Source of the DNA: Candidatus Altiarchaeota archaeon
GTDB taxonomy: Archaea > Altiarchaeota > Altiarchaeia > IMC4 > QMZM01
Length of the DNA: 58,575 bases
Direction of reading: 5' to 3'
Assembly: GCA_030609775.1 (NCBI GenBank)
Contig: JAUWTD010000001.1
Coordinates: 1 to 58,575 of the forward strand
The notes under the pieces are model-generated. The model saw only the letters and a program-made list of their open reading frames with translations. It did not search any database and was not told the DNA's origin. The position numbers were made by a program, and so were the translations under genes. The number at the start of each line of letters is the position of its first letter. Position 1 is the stretch's first letter. This document shows positions 20,988-31,131 of this stretch, piece after piece.

Positions 20988-22682
20988 ATGAAAGGTTCTG
21001 AAGCAATCATCCGATCCCTTGAAGAAGAAAACGTAAAGCATATCTTCGGGATTCAAGGCGGGGCGATTATGGAGGTCTACGACGTACTATACAACAACAA
21101 AAACATAAGACACATATTGATGAGGCATGAACAATGCGCAGCACACGCAGCTGAAGGCTACGCGAGAGCAAGTGGAAAAGTCGGCGTGTGTATGGCAACT
21201 TCAGGACCAGGCGCAACAAACCTAGTGACAGGTATTGCCGACGCACACATAGACTCAGTTCCCATTATTGCATTAACCGGGCAGGTTCCAGTCCACCTGA
21301 TAGGCAACGACGCCTTCCAGGAAGCAGACATCATAGGCATCACAATGCCGATAACAAAACACAGCTTCCAGATAACTGACCCAGACAAGATACCCTCAAC
21401 AATCAAGGCAGCCTTCAAGATAGCGTCAACAAGAAGACCCGGACCAGTTCTCATAGACCTACCCAAAGACATCCAACAAAGTAAACTAAAGAATAGATTC
21501 AAATACCCTGACGACGTGAAACTACCCGGATACAAGGTAGTGGAAAGCGGAGGACACCCACACCAGATAAATGAAATTGCAAAGACACTTATGAACGCAG
21601 AACGTCCAGTAATCATCGCAGGAGGAGGCACCATAATATCGAATGCAAGCAAAGAATTATACAAGCTTGCAGAATCACTAAATATTCCGGTTGCAACAAC
21701 ACTCATGGGCAAAAGCAGCTTCCCGGAAGACCACCCCCTCGCATTGGGAATGGTGGGAATGCATGGAAGAAAAACCGCCAACCTCATGGTTACAGAATCA
21801 GATATTTTATTCGTTATCGGAATGAGATTCTCTGACAGGGTTACATCCAACATAGAATGTTTTGCATCCAACGCAAAAATAATCCATGTAGACATCGATC
21901 CCTCAGAAATAGGGAAAAATATAAGCGTAGACATACCGGTTGTCGGAGATGCAAAACTAGTCCTCCAAAACCTCTTAAAAACCATAGACGTAGTGAAAAC
22001 AAAAAAGAAAACCCAATGGCACAACAAATTCAAAGCATTCAAAAAAGAATATGCGCCATTATACGACTACGACAACATCCCGATAAAACAACAAAGCGTG
22101 ATAAAGGAACTTAACAAAATCATCAACGACAAAACAATAATAACAACAGAGGTTGGGCAGTGCCAGATGTGGGCCGCACACTACCTAAACATGAAAAACC
22201 CAAGAACATTCATATCCTCAGGCGGATTAGGGACAATGGGCTTTGGCTTCCCTGCCGCAATCGGAGCAAAGGTTGCAAAACCAGACCATACAGTAATAGA
22301 CTTAGGCAGCGAAGGAAGCTTTATGATGACAGGACAGGAGCTTGCCACATGCATAGTCGAAGACATACCAGTCATAGCACTATTAATGAACAACAGATAC
22401 CTTGGAATGGTAAAACAATGGCAGGACCTCTTCTATGGAAAAAGAAGATCCCACACATACCTAGGCGAAGTACCTGACTTCACAAAATACGCCGAAGCAT
22501 TCAACGCAAAAGGAATAAAAGTAGAAAAACCCACAGAAATAAGATCAGCCCTTATTGAAGCAACAAAATCAGATAAAGCATGCATCATAGATATCATAGT
22601 AGATCCAGACGAACACATCTTACCAATGGTCAAACCAGGAGGCAGACTGGATAATATGATAGAATCCAACTACACCAAATAA
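20988..22682 (+). CDS. ilvB: Acetolactate synthase large subunit (ThDP-dependent)
   Basis: 564 aa with HEQ.AAHAAEGYARASGKVGVC.ATSGPGATNLVTG, LGMVGMHG and the ThDP motif GLGTMGFGFPAAIGA...GSEGSF.M...EL. Confidence 0.9.
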   Translation: MKGSEAIIRSLEEENVKHIFGIQGGAIMEVYDVLYNNKNIRHILMRHEQCAAHAAEGYARASGKVGVCMATSGPGATNLVTGIADAHIDSVPIIALTGQVPVHLIGNDAFQEADIIGITMPITKHSFQITDPDKIPSTIKAAFKIASTRRPGPVLIDLPKDIQQSKLKNRFKYPDDVKLPGYKVVESGGHPHQINEIAKTLMNAERPVIIAGGGTIISNASKELYKLAESLNIPVATTLMGKSSFPEDHPLALGMVGMHGRKTANLMVTESDILFVIGMRFSDRVTSNIECFASNAKIIHVDIDPSEIGKNISVDIPVVGDAKLVLQNLLKTIDVVKTKKKTQWHNKFKAFKKEYAPLYDYDNIPIKQQSVIKELNKIINDKTIITTEVGQCQMWAAHYLNMKNPRTFISSGGLGTMGFGFPAAIGAKVAKPDHTVIDLGSEGSFMMTGQELATCIVEDIPVIALLMNNRYLGMVKQWQDLFYGKRRSHTYLGEVPDFTKYAEAFNAKGIKVEKPTEIRSALIEATKSDKACIIDIIVDPDEHILPMVKPGGRLDNMIESNYTK

Positions 22683-22693
22683 GCCATCAACCA

Positions 22694-23155
22694 TCAAGTA
22701 TCCAGAGTTATGTTAACATCATACCCTGAGAGAACAAAATCATTAGGATCCACTGAATTAAAGACCAGCATATAATAACCTTCACCACAGATTCCGCCAG
22801 AACAGATATCTTCATCCGCCGAAGCAGTCATATTAGCCTTTGTAACCGCATATATGTCAGTTGCGGAGCTGCCTACAGCCAAACGAATACATACAACCTT
22901 ATCCTGTATTGAAAGAGTCTCAACATTAGTAGGTATACGGACACCTGCAGGGATCTTTGAAGGATGCCCGTGAACATAAATAAAATCAGCCGACTGTTTT
23001 ATATCCTGAACCGCCCGATAAGCAGTATCCACATCAATCTGCACTCCAGATGTCGAAACAAGAAAAGTCGAAATGTAAAGAACCGCCGCAAAAATAATTA
23101 AAGACAGACCAAGCATGGTCATATACTCCAACGAAACCTGCCCCTTATCTTCCAT
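22694..23155 (-). CDS. Archaeal type IV pilin-like protein (class III signal peptide)
   Basis: MEDKGQVSLEYMTMLGLSLIIFAAVLY has the KGQ-x-S-x-E prepilin-peptidase-type site followed by a hydrophobic helix. The start is set at MEDKGQ rather than the longer ORF. Confidence 0.65.
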   Translation of the reverse strand: MEDKGQVSLEYMTMLGLSLIIFAAVLYISTFLVSTSGVQIDVDTAYRAVQDIKQSADFIYVHGHPSKIPAGVRIPTNVETLSIQDKVVCIRLAVGSSATDIYAVTKANMTASADEDICSGGICGEGYYMLVFNSVDPNDFVLSGYDVNITLDT

Positions 23156-23313
23156 TTTTATAAAACAAACCAGATGAATAAAGATATTATGAATGCAGAT
23201 ATAAATACTTTTATCAACTATCAAAGTATTTATACTCTACCCTCATATGTATATACCACATCAGACCACCATAAACCGTTTAGGAAAGGAGAAGACAACA
23301 GACAAAATAGGGG

Positions 23314-23568
23314 GTGCACAAGATAATGGAATATGAAACCATCACAACAGAATACCTAGATTATGGGAGAAACAAGTTTCTGGAACTATCCAAAAAGAAA
23401 CCGCTCCCAGACGGCAATATATTTTTAAACCTATCTAAAGGATACTATACACCAAACGGAGAGAGAAGATACCAAAAAGGCATTGGTTTCCCCAACGACA
23501 CAGAATTTGTAAATCAGCTAATCGATAAACTAAACAGAATACACAAAGCACAGGATATTGAAATCTGA
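23314..23568 (+). CDS. Hypothetical protein
   Basis: 84-aa ORF in an otherwise empty gap. No confident motif. Confidence 0.35.
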   Translation: MHKIMEYETITTEYLDYGRNKFLELSKKKPLPDGNIFLNLSKGYYTPNGERRYQKGIGFPNDTEFVNQLIDKLNRIHKAQDIEI

Positions 23569-23632
23569 AAGAACCAATGGCTACCCTCCCCCCCATCGGT
23601 TCACATAATCTCTCCGACATTCATTTTAATGA

Positions 23633-24019
23633 CTACATATGTTCTAATGCTATGGCTTTCAGAATATCCGAATTAGATACCATACCAACAAGCTCACCGT
23701 CCACCATAACAGGAAACCTTCGTATATTGGTTTTCGCCATAAACCGAGCTATCGTTTCCACACTCATATCAGGAGATATCGCCATCAATGGCTCAGAGCC
23801 CACCTCATGGACTTTTACCTCACGCGGATCCTTACCGTAAGCAATCACTTTATTTATTATATCCTTCCGGGTTACGATCCCATATACCCCCTGTTCATCC
23901 TCTTTTTCAACTATAAAACTTGTCACACGCCTTTCAACCATCTTAATCATAACATCCATAACAGAAGCATCCCTTCCAATAGACATAATTCCCCGAGTCA
24001 TAATCTCATTAGCATTCAA
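23633..24019 (-). CDS. CBS domain-pair protein
   Basis: 128 aa with two CBS repeats (IMTRGIMSIGRDASV.DV...M....V.SFIV and ..PLMAISPDMSVETIARFM....IRRFPVM.DGELVGMVS.SDILKA). Confidence 0.8.
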   Translation of the reverse strand: MNANEIMTRGIMSIGRDASVMDVMIKMVERRVTSFIVEKEDEQGVYGIVTRKDIINKVIAYGKDPREVKVHEVGSEPLMAISPDMSVETIARFMAKTNIRRFPVMVDGELVGMVSNSDILKAIALEHM

Positions 24020-24094
24020 TTAAATCACCTAAATATTCTAAGAAATAGTTAAGATATAGGTTAATTAATAAATAAATCATTTTCTCATGTCAGA

Positions 24095-24394
24095 TTAAAC
24101 ATCCACCCTTCGCACAGTCCCAGGACGCACATTCTTAAACCACAGCTTTGAGCCACCAGATGTTTCAGTCTTACGAGCCACCATTAGCTTCACCAAGGCT
24201 GCTTTTATCTTCACCAGATCCTCTTTATTTCGGGTCTCTAGATATTTCAGGAATTCATTATAGAGTAAGTGAAGTTCCAGGTCATCAACATACCTCTTAG
24301 AGAATTTATCTAAAGCAGCGTTAACATTATCCATATCTTCCTGCTCTAAAATAAGACATATGTTTTTAATTACATAATGACTTGCAAGAACCAT
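24095..24394 (-). CDS. Hypothetical protein directly downstream of atpD
   Basis: 99-aa ORF, same strand, 20 nt after atpD. Helical and charged, with no recognisable motif. Confidence 0.35.
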   Translation of the reverse strand: MVLASHYVIKNICLILEQEDMDNVNAALDKFSKRYVDDLELHLLYNEFLKYLETRNKEDLVKIKAALVKLMVARKTETSGGSKLWFKNVRPGTVRRVDV

Positions 24395-24413
24395 CTTATT
24401 ATTTACCTACTAA

Positions 24414-25064
24414 TCAAGCACTCTTTTTTTTCTTCTCACGCTCTTTTTTAGACTTCACCATCTTCAAACGAACAAAACTCTCCCGCTCCATCTCCTCCAG
24501 ACGCATCTTTATATATTTGTGAGTATTATGCAAGCGAGGAATCATTACATACTCGAGGGCACTCACCCGCCGCCTCGTCTTCTTTATCTCTTCGCCGAGT
24601 ATGGAAAGAGTCCCCTCTTTTTCAACGAGATCGAGAATCTGCTCAAAAGCCAACTCAAAATCATCAACAGACTCATCAAGCTTTGAAGACGTGAAAGCAA
24701 GATCATATCTTTCCTTTGAACCTTCCGCTTTAGAAAACTCGATCTGAGGAACCTTAACACCCAAGATATTGCTAAAGGATATATCTATACTTCCAATTTC
24801 AGGAGCAGAAGAAGAAATGGATTGAACATTATCCAGAGACATACGACCCGACGCCGCTACAACATTATCATAAGCACGCTGCATTGTTTCTGTGAGCGCC
24901 TCACGCGGACCCCGGGCCTGATCAACCATCTTTAGAAACTCAGTCATCAAAGAATCCCGCTTCTCCTTTAATAGCTTATGCCCTTTACCTGCAAGAACAA
25001 TCCTCTTATTTATCTCAAGAAGCTCCATCCGGGTGGGATGAATCCCATCAACTATATCCGCCAT
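24414..25064 (-). CDS. atpD: A-type (V-type) ATP synthase subunit D
   Basis: 216 aa with PTRMELL..K.R...A.KGHKLLK.KRD.L, typical of subunit D. It follows atpB. Confidence 0.85.
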   Translation of the reverse strand: MADIVDGIHPTRMELLEINKRIVLAGKGHKLLKEKRDSLMTEFLKMVDQARGPREALTETMQRAYDNVVAASGRMSLDNVQSISSSAPEIGSIDISFSNILGVKVPQIEFSKAEGSKERYDLAFTSSKLDESVDDFELAFEQILDLVEKEGTLSILGEEIKKTRRRVSALEYVMIPRLHNTHKYIKMRLEEMERESFVRLKMVKSKKEREKKKKSA

Positions 25065-25067
25065 CTT

Positions 25068-26441
25068 CTATTTATTATAGTATGCCTTGATGAATTTCGG
25101 ATCAATCCGCTTCAAATCCCGTTCAGGCAAAACAGACAAAAGATCCCAGCCCAACGTAAGAGTATCCTCAATAGTTCGGTCATCTGCAGATCCCTGATTT
25201 ATAAACTCCGATTCAAAACGTTCAGCAAACTCAAGGAACTTCAAATCCCGCTCAGTGAGAGCCTCCTCACCAACCACGGCAACAAGATCCCTTAAATCCC
25301 TGCCTTCAGAATATACTGCATACATCTGATTACTGACATCCCGATGATCCTCACGAGTCCGGCCTTTACCAATACCCTGATTCATAAGCCGGGAAAGACA
25401 CGGCAAAACATCTATGGGGGGGAAAATCTCCTTCATATGCAATTGCCTACTCAAAACAATCTGACCCTCAGTAATATAGCCTGTAAGATCAGGAATCGGA
25501 TGAGTTATATCATCACCAGGCATTGTAAGTATCGGAATCTGAGTAATACTCCCCGGTTTTCCTTTAATCCGGCCTGCACGCTCATAACTCATAGACAGAT
25601 CAGTATACAAGTAACCAGGATAACCCCGCCTGCCAGGAACCTCCTCCCTGGCAGCAGACACCTCCCTTAAGGCCTCACAATAGTTCGTAAGATCTGTTAA
25701 AATAACAAGAATATCCATACCCTTCTCATATGCAAGAAACTCCGCAGTAGTTAAAGCAAGCCGAGGAGTGATTATCCTCTCAATTGTCGGATCATCCGCC
25801 AGATTAATAAAAGACACAATCCGCTCTAATGCACCAGTCTTCTCAAACTCGCTTCTGAAAAAATGGTATTCACCAGAGGTTATGCCCATAGCCGCAAACA
25901 CTATAGCAAAGTCACCTTCTTTTCCAGGAACCTTCACCTGCCGGGCAATCTGCGCAGCAAGATCATTATGAGGAAGACCTGCAGCACTGAAAATCGGCAG
26001 CTTCTGACCCCTGACAAGGGTATTCATTCCATCAATCGCACTTACACCAGTCTGAATAAACTCCTTGGGAAAATCCCTTGAAGCAGGATTCATCGGATAA
26101 CCCTCAATGTTCCGCCTATCCTCCGGGATAATCTCAGATTTCCCGTCAATAGGTCTTCCGGCGCCGTCAAATATCCTGCCAAGCATATCCACTGAAACAG
26201 ATATCTTCATAGTCTCACCAAGAAACCGGGCTTTAGTATTCTTAGTATCCAAGCCGGTTGTTCCCTCAAATACCTGAACCACGGCCTTATCAGTCATAGC
26301 ATCCAATACCTGGCCAGTTTTCCTCTCTCCTCCAGCGGTCTCTATCTCCACCACTTCACCATAACTGATATTACGCACATTATCCACAATCATCAGTGGC
26401 CCGGAAACCTCAACCACACTCGTATATTCTTTAACTACCAT
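25068..26441 (-). CDS. atpB: A-type ATP synthase subunit B
   Basis: 457 aa with [15 protein letters not shown] and the [14 protein letters not shown] motifs of regulatory subunit B. Confidence 0.9.
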   Translation of the reverse strand: MVVKEYTSVVEVSGPLMIVDNVRNISYGEVVEIETAGGERKTGQVLDAMTDKAVVQVFEGTTGLDTKNTKARFLGETMKISVSVDMLGRIFDGAGRPIDGKSEIIPEDRRNIEGYPMNPASRDFPKEFIQTGVSAIDGMNTLVRGQKLPIFSAAGLPHNDLAAQIARQVKVPGKEGDFAIVFAAMGITSGEYHFFRSEFEKTGALERIVSFINLADDPTIERIITPRLALTTAEFLAYEKGMDILVILTDLTNYCEALREVSAAREEVPGRRGYPGYLYTDLSMSYERAGRIKGKPGSITQIPILTMPGDDITHPIPDLTGYITEGQIVLSRQLHMKEIFPPIDVLPCLSRLMNQGIGKGRTREDHRDVSNQMYAVYSEGRDLRDLVAVVGEEALTERDLKFLEFAERFESEFINQGSADDRTIEDTLTLGWDLLSVLPERDLKRIDPKFIKAYYNK

Positions 26442-26443
26442 CT

Positions 26444-28195
26444 TTAATCACCCGTCCTCTCCTTAAATTGGTCAATATCCTTAATAATTCCCTTGAATTC
26501 CTCATCAAACTTGTCCTCAGGTACATACTTCATCTTAGCTATACGATCCACTACACCCAGCCTGCTGATTTTTGCAGGATCCATTCCAGCATCTAACGCA
26601 GTTACAGCCCCCGCATAAAAACTGCGGATCGCAGAAAGCATCTTATACTGTTTTTCTAGAGAACAATACGTATCAACATCATGGAATGCATTCTGCTGAA
26701 GGAAATCCTCCCTTATCATCCTTGCAACATCCAAAATAATCCTCTCCCTCTCAGGCAACGCATCAGGACCAACAAGCTGCACAATCTCCATGAGCTCGGA
26801 TTCCTTCTGCAGGATAGTCATGGCCTCAACACGCATCTCAAACCAATCCTCTGCAACCTCCTTCTTAAACCACCCGGTTAATTCATCCAGATACAACGAA
26901 TAAGACGTAAGCCAATTAATGGACGGAAAATGCCTTCGGTCAGCAAGCTTCGCATCCAAGGCCCAGAATACATGCGTTACCCGCAAGGTATTCTGAGTTA
27001 CAGGCTCAGAGAAGTCACCGCCCGGAGGAGAAACCGCCCCAATAACAGAAATGGAACCAAACCGATCCTCACTTCCCAAGGTAACAACCCTGCCAGACCG
27101 CTCATAGAATTCCGCAAGCCTAGAAGCAAGATAAGCAGGATAACCTTCTTCACCCGGCATCTCCTCAAGCCGACCTGAAATCTCCCGCATAGCCTCAGCC
27201 CACCGGGAGGTTGAATCAGCCATCAAAGCAGTATTATAACCCATATCCCGGTAGTATTCAGCCAAGGTAATCCCAGTATAAACCGACGCTTCCCTTGCAG
27301 CAACAGGCATATTAGATGTGTTCGCAATAAGACACGTCCGCTCCATTAACGGAAGCTTAGTCTTAGGATCCTCAAGATGAGGGAACTCATCAAGAACCTC
27401 AGTCATCTCGTTTCCGCGTTCACCGCAGCCAACATAGATGATAACCTCTGCATCAACCCACTTCGCTAACTGATGCTGAGAAACCGTCTTACCCGTACCA
27501 AAACCACCAGGTATGGCAGCAGTACCGCCTTTAGCAAGAGGGAAAAAGGTATCAAATATCCTCTGCCCACTTATGAGAGGAATATTACACTCAAGCTTCC
27601 TCTTAAATGGCCTCGGACGCCTTACAGGCCACACCTGCATACCCATAATATCATGTTCTTTTCCTTTGTCGTCTTTCAGAACGCATACAGTTTCAGTTAC
27701 ATTAAATCTACCATCCTCTATGTGCTCCACAATACCAGAAACCCTATGCGGCACCATGATCCTGTTAGTGATAACCTCGGTCTCTTTGACTTCGCCGATT
27801 ATATCACCTGCCGAAAGCATGTCACCAACCTTGACCTTCGGAACAAAATCCCACTTCCGGACTTTGTCTATTGAAGATACGACAACACCCCTCGTAATAA
27901 AATCCCCTACCTTATCCTTTATCAAATCCAACGGACGCTGAACACCATCATAAATAGACTTAAGAACACCCGGACCAAGCTCAACCGAGAGCGACCTACC
28001 TGTAAGATCCACAGGCTCCCCCGGAGTTAACCCCGTAGTATCCTCATAAACCTGAATAGATGCAGTATCCCCAACCAATTTAATGACCTCACCAATCAAC
28101 CTATCTTCACCAATCTTGACTAGTTCATACATCATACTTCCACGCATTCCTTCGGCCTCTACCAACGAGCCGGCAATTCTTGAAATCTTACCCAT
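26444..28195 (-). CDS. atpA: A-type ATP synthase catalytic subunit A
   Basis: 583 aa with Walker [21 protein letters not shown] and [26 protein letters not shown]. Confidence 0.9.
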   Translation of the reverse strand: MGKISRIAGSLVEAEGMRGSMMYELVKIGEDRLIGEVIKLVGDTASIQVYEDTTGLTPGEPVDLTGRSLSVELGPGVLKSIYDGVQRPLDLIKDKVGDFITRGVVVSSIDKVRKWDFVPKVKVGDMLSAGDIIGEVKETEVITNRIMVPHRVSGIVEHIEDGRFNVTETVCVLKDDKGKEHDIMGMQVWPVRRPRPFKRKLECNIPLISGQRIFDTFFPLAKGGTAAIPGGFGTGKTVSQHQLAKWVDAEVIIYVGCGERGNEMTEVLDEFPHLEDPKTKLPLMERTCLIANTSNMPVAAREASVYTGITLAEYYRDMGYNTALMADSTSRWAEAMREISGRLEEMPGEEGYPAYLASRLAEFYERSGRVVTLGSEDRFGSISVIGAVSPPGGDFSEPVTQNTLRVTHVFWALDAKLADRRHFPSINWLTSYSLYLDELTGWFKKEVAEDWFEMRVEAMTILQKESELMEIVQLVGPDALPERERIILDVARMIREDFLQQNAFHDVDTYCSLEKQYKMLSAIRSFYAGAVTALDAGMDPAKISRLGVVDRIAKMKYVPEDKFDEEFKGIIKDIDQFKERTGD

Positions 28196-28197
28196 CT

Positions 28198-28530
28198 TCA
28201 GCCTCCTTCTTGTTTATCTGATTTATTTGACGTTATTTCAAAACCTACAGTATCTTTTATCAACTTACTTATTATATCTCCGCCACCGCCACTCCTATCA
28301 GGAATGCCGACCACGAGCTTCCCTGAAGACCGTATCTTGTCTATACATTCCTCAGCACATATATAAAGCTCATTTGTAACGACGATAATATCTGCTTTAT
28401 TTTTTATATCATTCAACACATCTATGATGTTTTCAGGGGTTGCAGTATATACATTCTTGACGCCTGCCAAACCAAACCCTGTTACAACGAGCTCATTACC
28501 TACCAGATACAGTTGAGTCATTCTCTCCAA
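28198..28530 (-). CDS. atpF: A-type ATP synthase subunit F
   Basis: About 105 aa with [16 protein letters not shown], in the position between atpE and atpA. The start is uncertain (MERM or MTQL). Confidence 0.7.
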   Translation of the reverse strand: MERMTQLYLVGNELVVTGFGLAGVKNVYTATPENIIDVLNDIKNKADIIVVTNELYICAEECIDKIRSSGKLVVGIPDRSGGGGDIISKLIKDTVGFEITSNKSDKQEGG

Positions 28531-29074
28531 ACAGGATAGACACCACCTCTGGCTTGATGGTTGCCTTAAACTGCTTCAACCTACTCTCCAAAGTATTATC
28601 TATCCTCAATGTTTTATCTTTACTAATTACAACGACGCCGAAATCACCTAAATCAGCAGGTTTCGCCCCATCCAAGAGACCAACATATTTCTTATCAACA
28701 AGAATAACAGGATCATCAATACTCCTCATCCCTTCATCAGCCAGATTCCGGAGTATATGCTTTTTCTCACTGTCACTAAGATTCCGTATAATATCCCCTG
28801 CCTCCTGAAACACCTTATCAAGAAGCTTATTCTTCTCTGAACTAATAATCGCCCTAACCTGTGTATTAGCATCAGCCATAATTCTCTTGCGAACAAGCAC
28901 TATCTCAGCTTCACCTTCCTTTTTCACCTGATCCGCCTGCACCCGCGCCTTCTTTTTGATGCCTTCTTTAATCGCCTTAATCTCTTCTTCCATCTGAGAA
29001 TTAATCTTCTCAAGATCATCTTTACAGTCTTTCCGAATCTTGGCCTCTAATTCCTGTAAACCGATTTCAATCAC
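28496..29074 (-). CDS. atpE: A-type ATP synthase subunit E
   Basis: 192 aa. Long K/E-rich N-terminal helix plus a C-terminal globular part (VLVDKKY..L....GVVV.SKD....IDNTLESRL). Confidence 0.75.
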   Translation of the reverse strand: MIEIGLQELEAKIRKDCKDDLEKINSQMEEEIKAIKEGIKKKARVQADQVKKEGEAEIVLVRKRIMADANTQVRAIISSEKNKLLDKVFQEAGDIIRNLSDSEKKHILRNLADEGMRSIDDPVILVDKKYVGLLDGAKPADLGDFGVVVISKDKTLRIDNTLESRLKQFKATIKPEVVSILFGENDSTVSGR

Positions 29075-29375
29075 CTCTAAGCTTTTTCAAAACAAATTGT
29101 ATGGATTCAGCCTCATTTTTGGATGCATAAAGTTGAATCTTGGAAACCTCGGCCTTCCCATTAGCAATTATCTTTTCTGAATCCCTCTTCGCCTCAGACT
29201 TAGCTTTCTCAATTGCCTTAGATACCTCAGTTCTCGCCTTATCAACCTTCTTTTGGATTATCTCACCCCCCTGAGACCTCGTCCCCACAACACTCTGAAC
29301 AGACACTTGCCTTGCATCATCTATCTGCTTCAAAACATCATATTCTACCTTCTTAATCTGGACCAAATCATTCAT
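29067..29375 (-). CDS. atpH: A-type ATP synthase subunit H (peripheral stalk)
   Basis: 102 aa, entirely helical and K/E/A-rich (..KARTEVSKAIEKAKSEAKRDSEKII..). It overlaps atpE by 8 nt at the head of the H-E-F-A-B-D string. Confidence 0.6.
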   Translation of the reverse strand: MNDLVQIKKVEYDVLKQIDDARQVSVQSVVGTRSQGGEIIQKKVDKARTEVSKAIEKAKSEAKRDSEKIIANGKAEVSKIQLYASKNEAESIQFVLKKLRGD

Positions 29376-29427
29376 TTTTAATGTAATAGATTTTATATTA
29401 TTTTCATACCCTATTTATAATATTTAT

Positions 29428-29533
29428 TGTTAATGAATTATAATGTAAATAAATCACAAGATAAAATTAAACTAATAACATGTTAATGAGTTATAATGTA
29501 AATAAATCACAAGATAAAATTAAACTAATAACA
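29428..29533. repeat. Two tandem copies of a 53-bp AT-rich unit in the atpH/atpK divergent intergenic region
   Basis: tgttaatga(a/g)ttataatgtaaataaatcacaagataaaattaaactaataaca occurs at 29428-29480 and 29481-29533, with one mismatch. Confidence 0.9.
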
Positions 29534-29585
29534 TTAAGATTTAAGACATTAAAAAGTTTTCTAATATTTCCTAAGGTTATTTATT

Positions 29586-29651
29586 ATTATTTATAATATC
29601 TGAAGTATAATATCAGAGTACGATAAATTTTAGGCATTATTTATAATATCT
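29586..29651 (+). promoter_or_regulatory. Repeated TATA-like boxes upstream of atpK
   Basis: attatttataatatct is found at 29586-29601 and 29636-29651, and tataatatc also at 29606. A ggaggtga Shine-Dalgarno-like site lies about 7 nt before the atpK ATG. Assigning these as a promoter is inference. Confidence 0.4.
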
Positions 29652-29692
29652 AAAAACACATATAAACATTAAAATAAAATGGAGGTGAACAC

Positions 29693-29914
29693 ATGGCTGA
29701 TACATCCCTAATTACACCAGAATTTGCGGCTGCGCTTACGATGGGCCTATCTGCACTAGGAGCAGGATATGCTATAGCAGCATCAGGTAGCGCTGCTGCT
29801 GCGGCAACAGTAGAAAAACCAGAAGTATTTGGTAAAGTGATGATTTTTGTTGCATTAGCAGAAGCAATTGCTATCTATGGTCTGGTCGTAGCCTTAATGA
29901 TTCTGTTCGCATAA
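29693..29914 (+). CDS. atpK: A-type ATP synthase proteolipid subunit K (c subunit), single hairpin
   Basis: 73 aa with two TM helices, a GAG-rich helix 1 (GLSALGAGYAIAASG) and the carboxylate in VALAEAIAIYGLVVA. Confidence 0.85.
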   Translation: MADTSLITPEFAAALTMGLSALGAGYAIAASGSAAAAATVEKPEVFGKVMIFVALAEAIAIYGLVVALMILFA

Positions 29915-29970
29915 TATAAAAAAAAATGCATGATAGAATAGATTATCTTCTTCTTTTATTATTTTATTTC

Positions 29971-29996
29971 CTCTTTTTTTCTGACTCGTTTTTTTA
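29971..29996 (+). terminator. Oligo-T tracts downstream of atpK
   Basis: T7 runs at 29974-29980 and 29989-29995 lie between the convergent atpK and atpC. Archaeal termination typically uses oligo-T. Confidence 0.4.
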
Positions 29997-30009
29997 ATAA
30001 GAAAAAAAG

Positions 30010-31053
30010 TTATGCCAGCATTACAAGAGTCTCCTCAATCTTCTCTGAAGGCAACGTCCCAGCTATACCAACACAGATGGATTTAAGATTTTGTATCTCC
30101 AACTCCTTAAGAGTCATATAACCAAGTATAAAGCCAAGTCTAAACGGATGCTCGATCATAATATTCTGACTCTGCTTAGCAAGATAAGCCTTAAGAGCAA
30201 GCTCAATAGGCAGAAGCGAGTTTGTTTTCTCGTACTTGTCTGCCGCATCCTCCAGAATGGGGCCATATACGGTAGATGACAATTTTTTCAGGGTCGCAGC
30301 CGCATCCACCGCAAGATACCTGTCAAGTGAACCGAGATGATACCCATCTGATGGAATAATAAATCTACTATCATCATACCCACGAGAAACAGCCCTGAGA
30401 AGTATCATGATATTTGCCACCTCAATTTCCAACGCAACCAACATAGACGCAGTCTTCTTATCTGCACCCTTGAGATGCCCAACCGCATTCTGCAACTCAG
30501 AGAAATAATATTGATCCAACGCAACCAATACACCTAAAAGATCAGGGGAATCAGGCATAAACTTATCCAAACCACTATATCGTCCAAGCACAGCAGAGAT
30601 GATTTCCTCGACTGAAAGAGTACTCAACCGCGAAATAAACTCCTCAGTATCAACCCTGAACACACTGCCAGCATCCGCAAAAGGCAAACTACTGTCGATT
30701 TCATCCGACGTCAACCCACCTGCCTGCGAATTAAGGATTAGTTTTATCAGCTCAAACTCATACTTTCTTGAGATCACATCAAACAAGGGCCTACATTTAG
30801 GAGGACACAACATAAACACTTTATTGACTGCCCGGATAAGATCCATACCCAAACACATCCCAACCTTATGAACATCTACCGTATCCAACCCAGATAAAAC
30901 ATCACCATAATAGGTCTGCTTCAAAGACATGACAAAATCATCAAGGCTTTTTACCCGCGTCAACGCCCCAAACTCACCCTCACTAAGCAGAAGACTGCGC
31001 ATAACCTTCACCCGGGTGTTTGAATACGCATAGGTTACTACACTCATTTTCAA
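30010..31053 (-). CDS. atpC: A-type ATP synthase subunit C (V-type d-like)
   Basis: 347 aa with an N-terminal YAYSNTRVKVMRSLLLS pattern. Helical, with the size typical of AtpC. Confidence 0.75.
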   Translation of the reverse strand: MKMSVVTYAYSNTRVKVMRSLLLSEGEFGALTRVKSLDDFVMSLKQTYYGDVLSGLDTVDVHKVGMCLGMDLIRAVNKVFMLCPPKCRPLFDVISRKYEFELIKLILNSQAGGLTSDEIDSSLPFADAGSVFRVDTEEFISRLSTLSVEEIISAVLGRYSGLDKFMPDSPDLLGVLVALDQYYFSELQNAVGHLKGADKKTASMLVALEIEVANIMILLRAVSRGYDDSRFIIPSDGYHLGSLDRYLAVDAAATLKKLSSTVYGPILEDAADKYEKTNSLLPIELALKAYLAKQSQNIMIEHPFRLGFILGYMTLKELEIQNLKSICVGIAGTLPSEKIEETLVMLA

Positions 31054-31131
31054 GACTTTTATTAAGCAAAATTCTTATTTATTATATTAAACAATATATT
31101 ATATTCCATTCTATAAATTTATATAGCAAAA

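Noticed and set aside
29428-29533. Possible CRISPR-like array in the AT-rich atpH/atpK intergenic region
   Set aside because: There are only two directly abutting 53-bp units, with no spacers and no cas genes. This is a simple tandem duplication.
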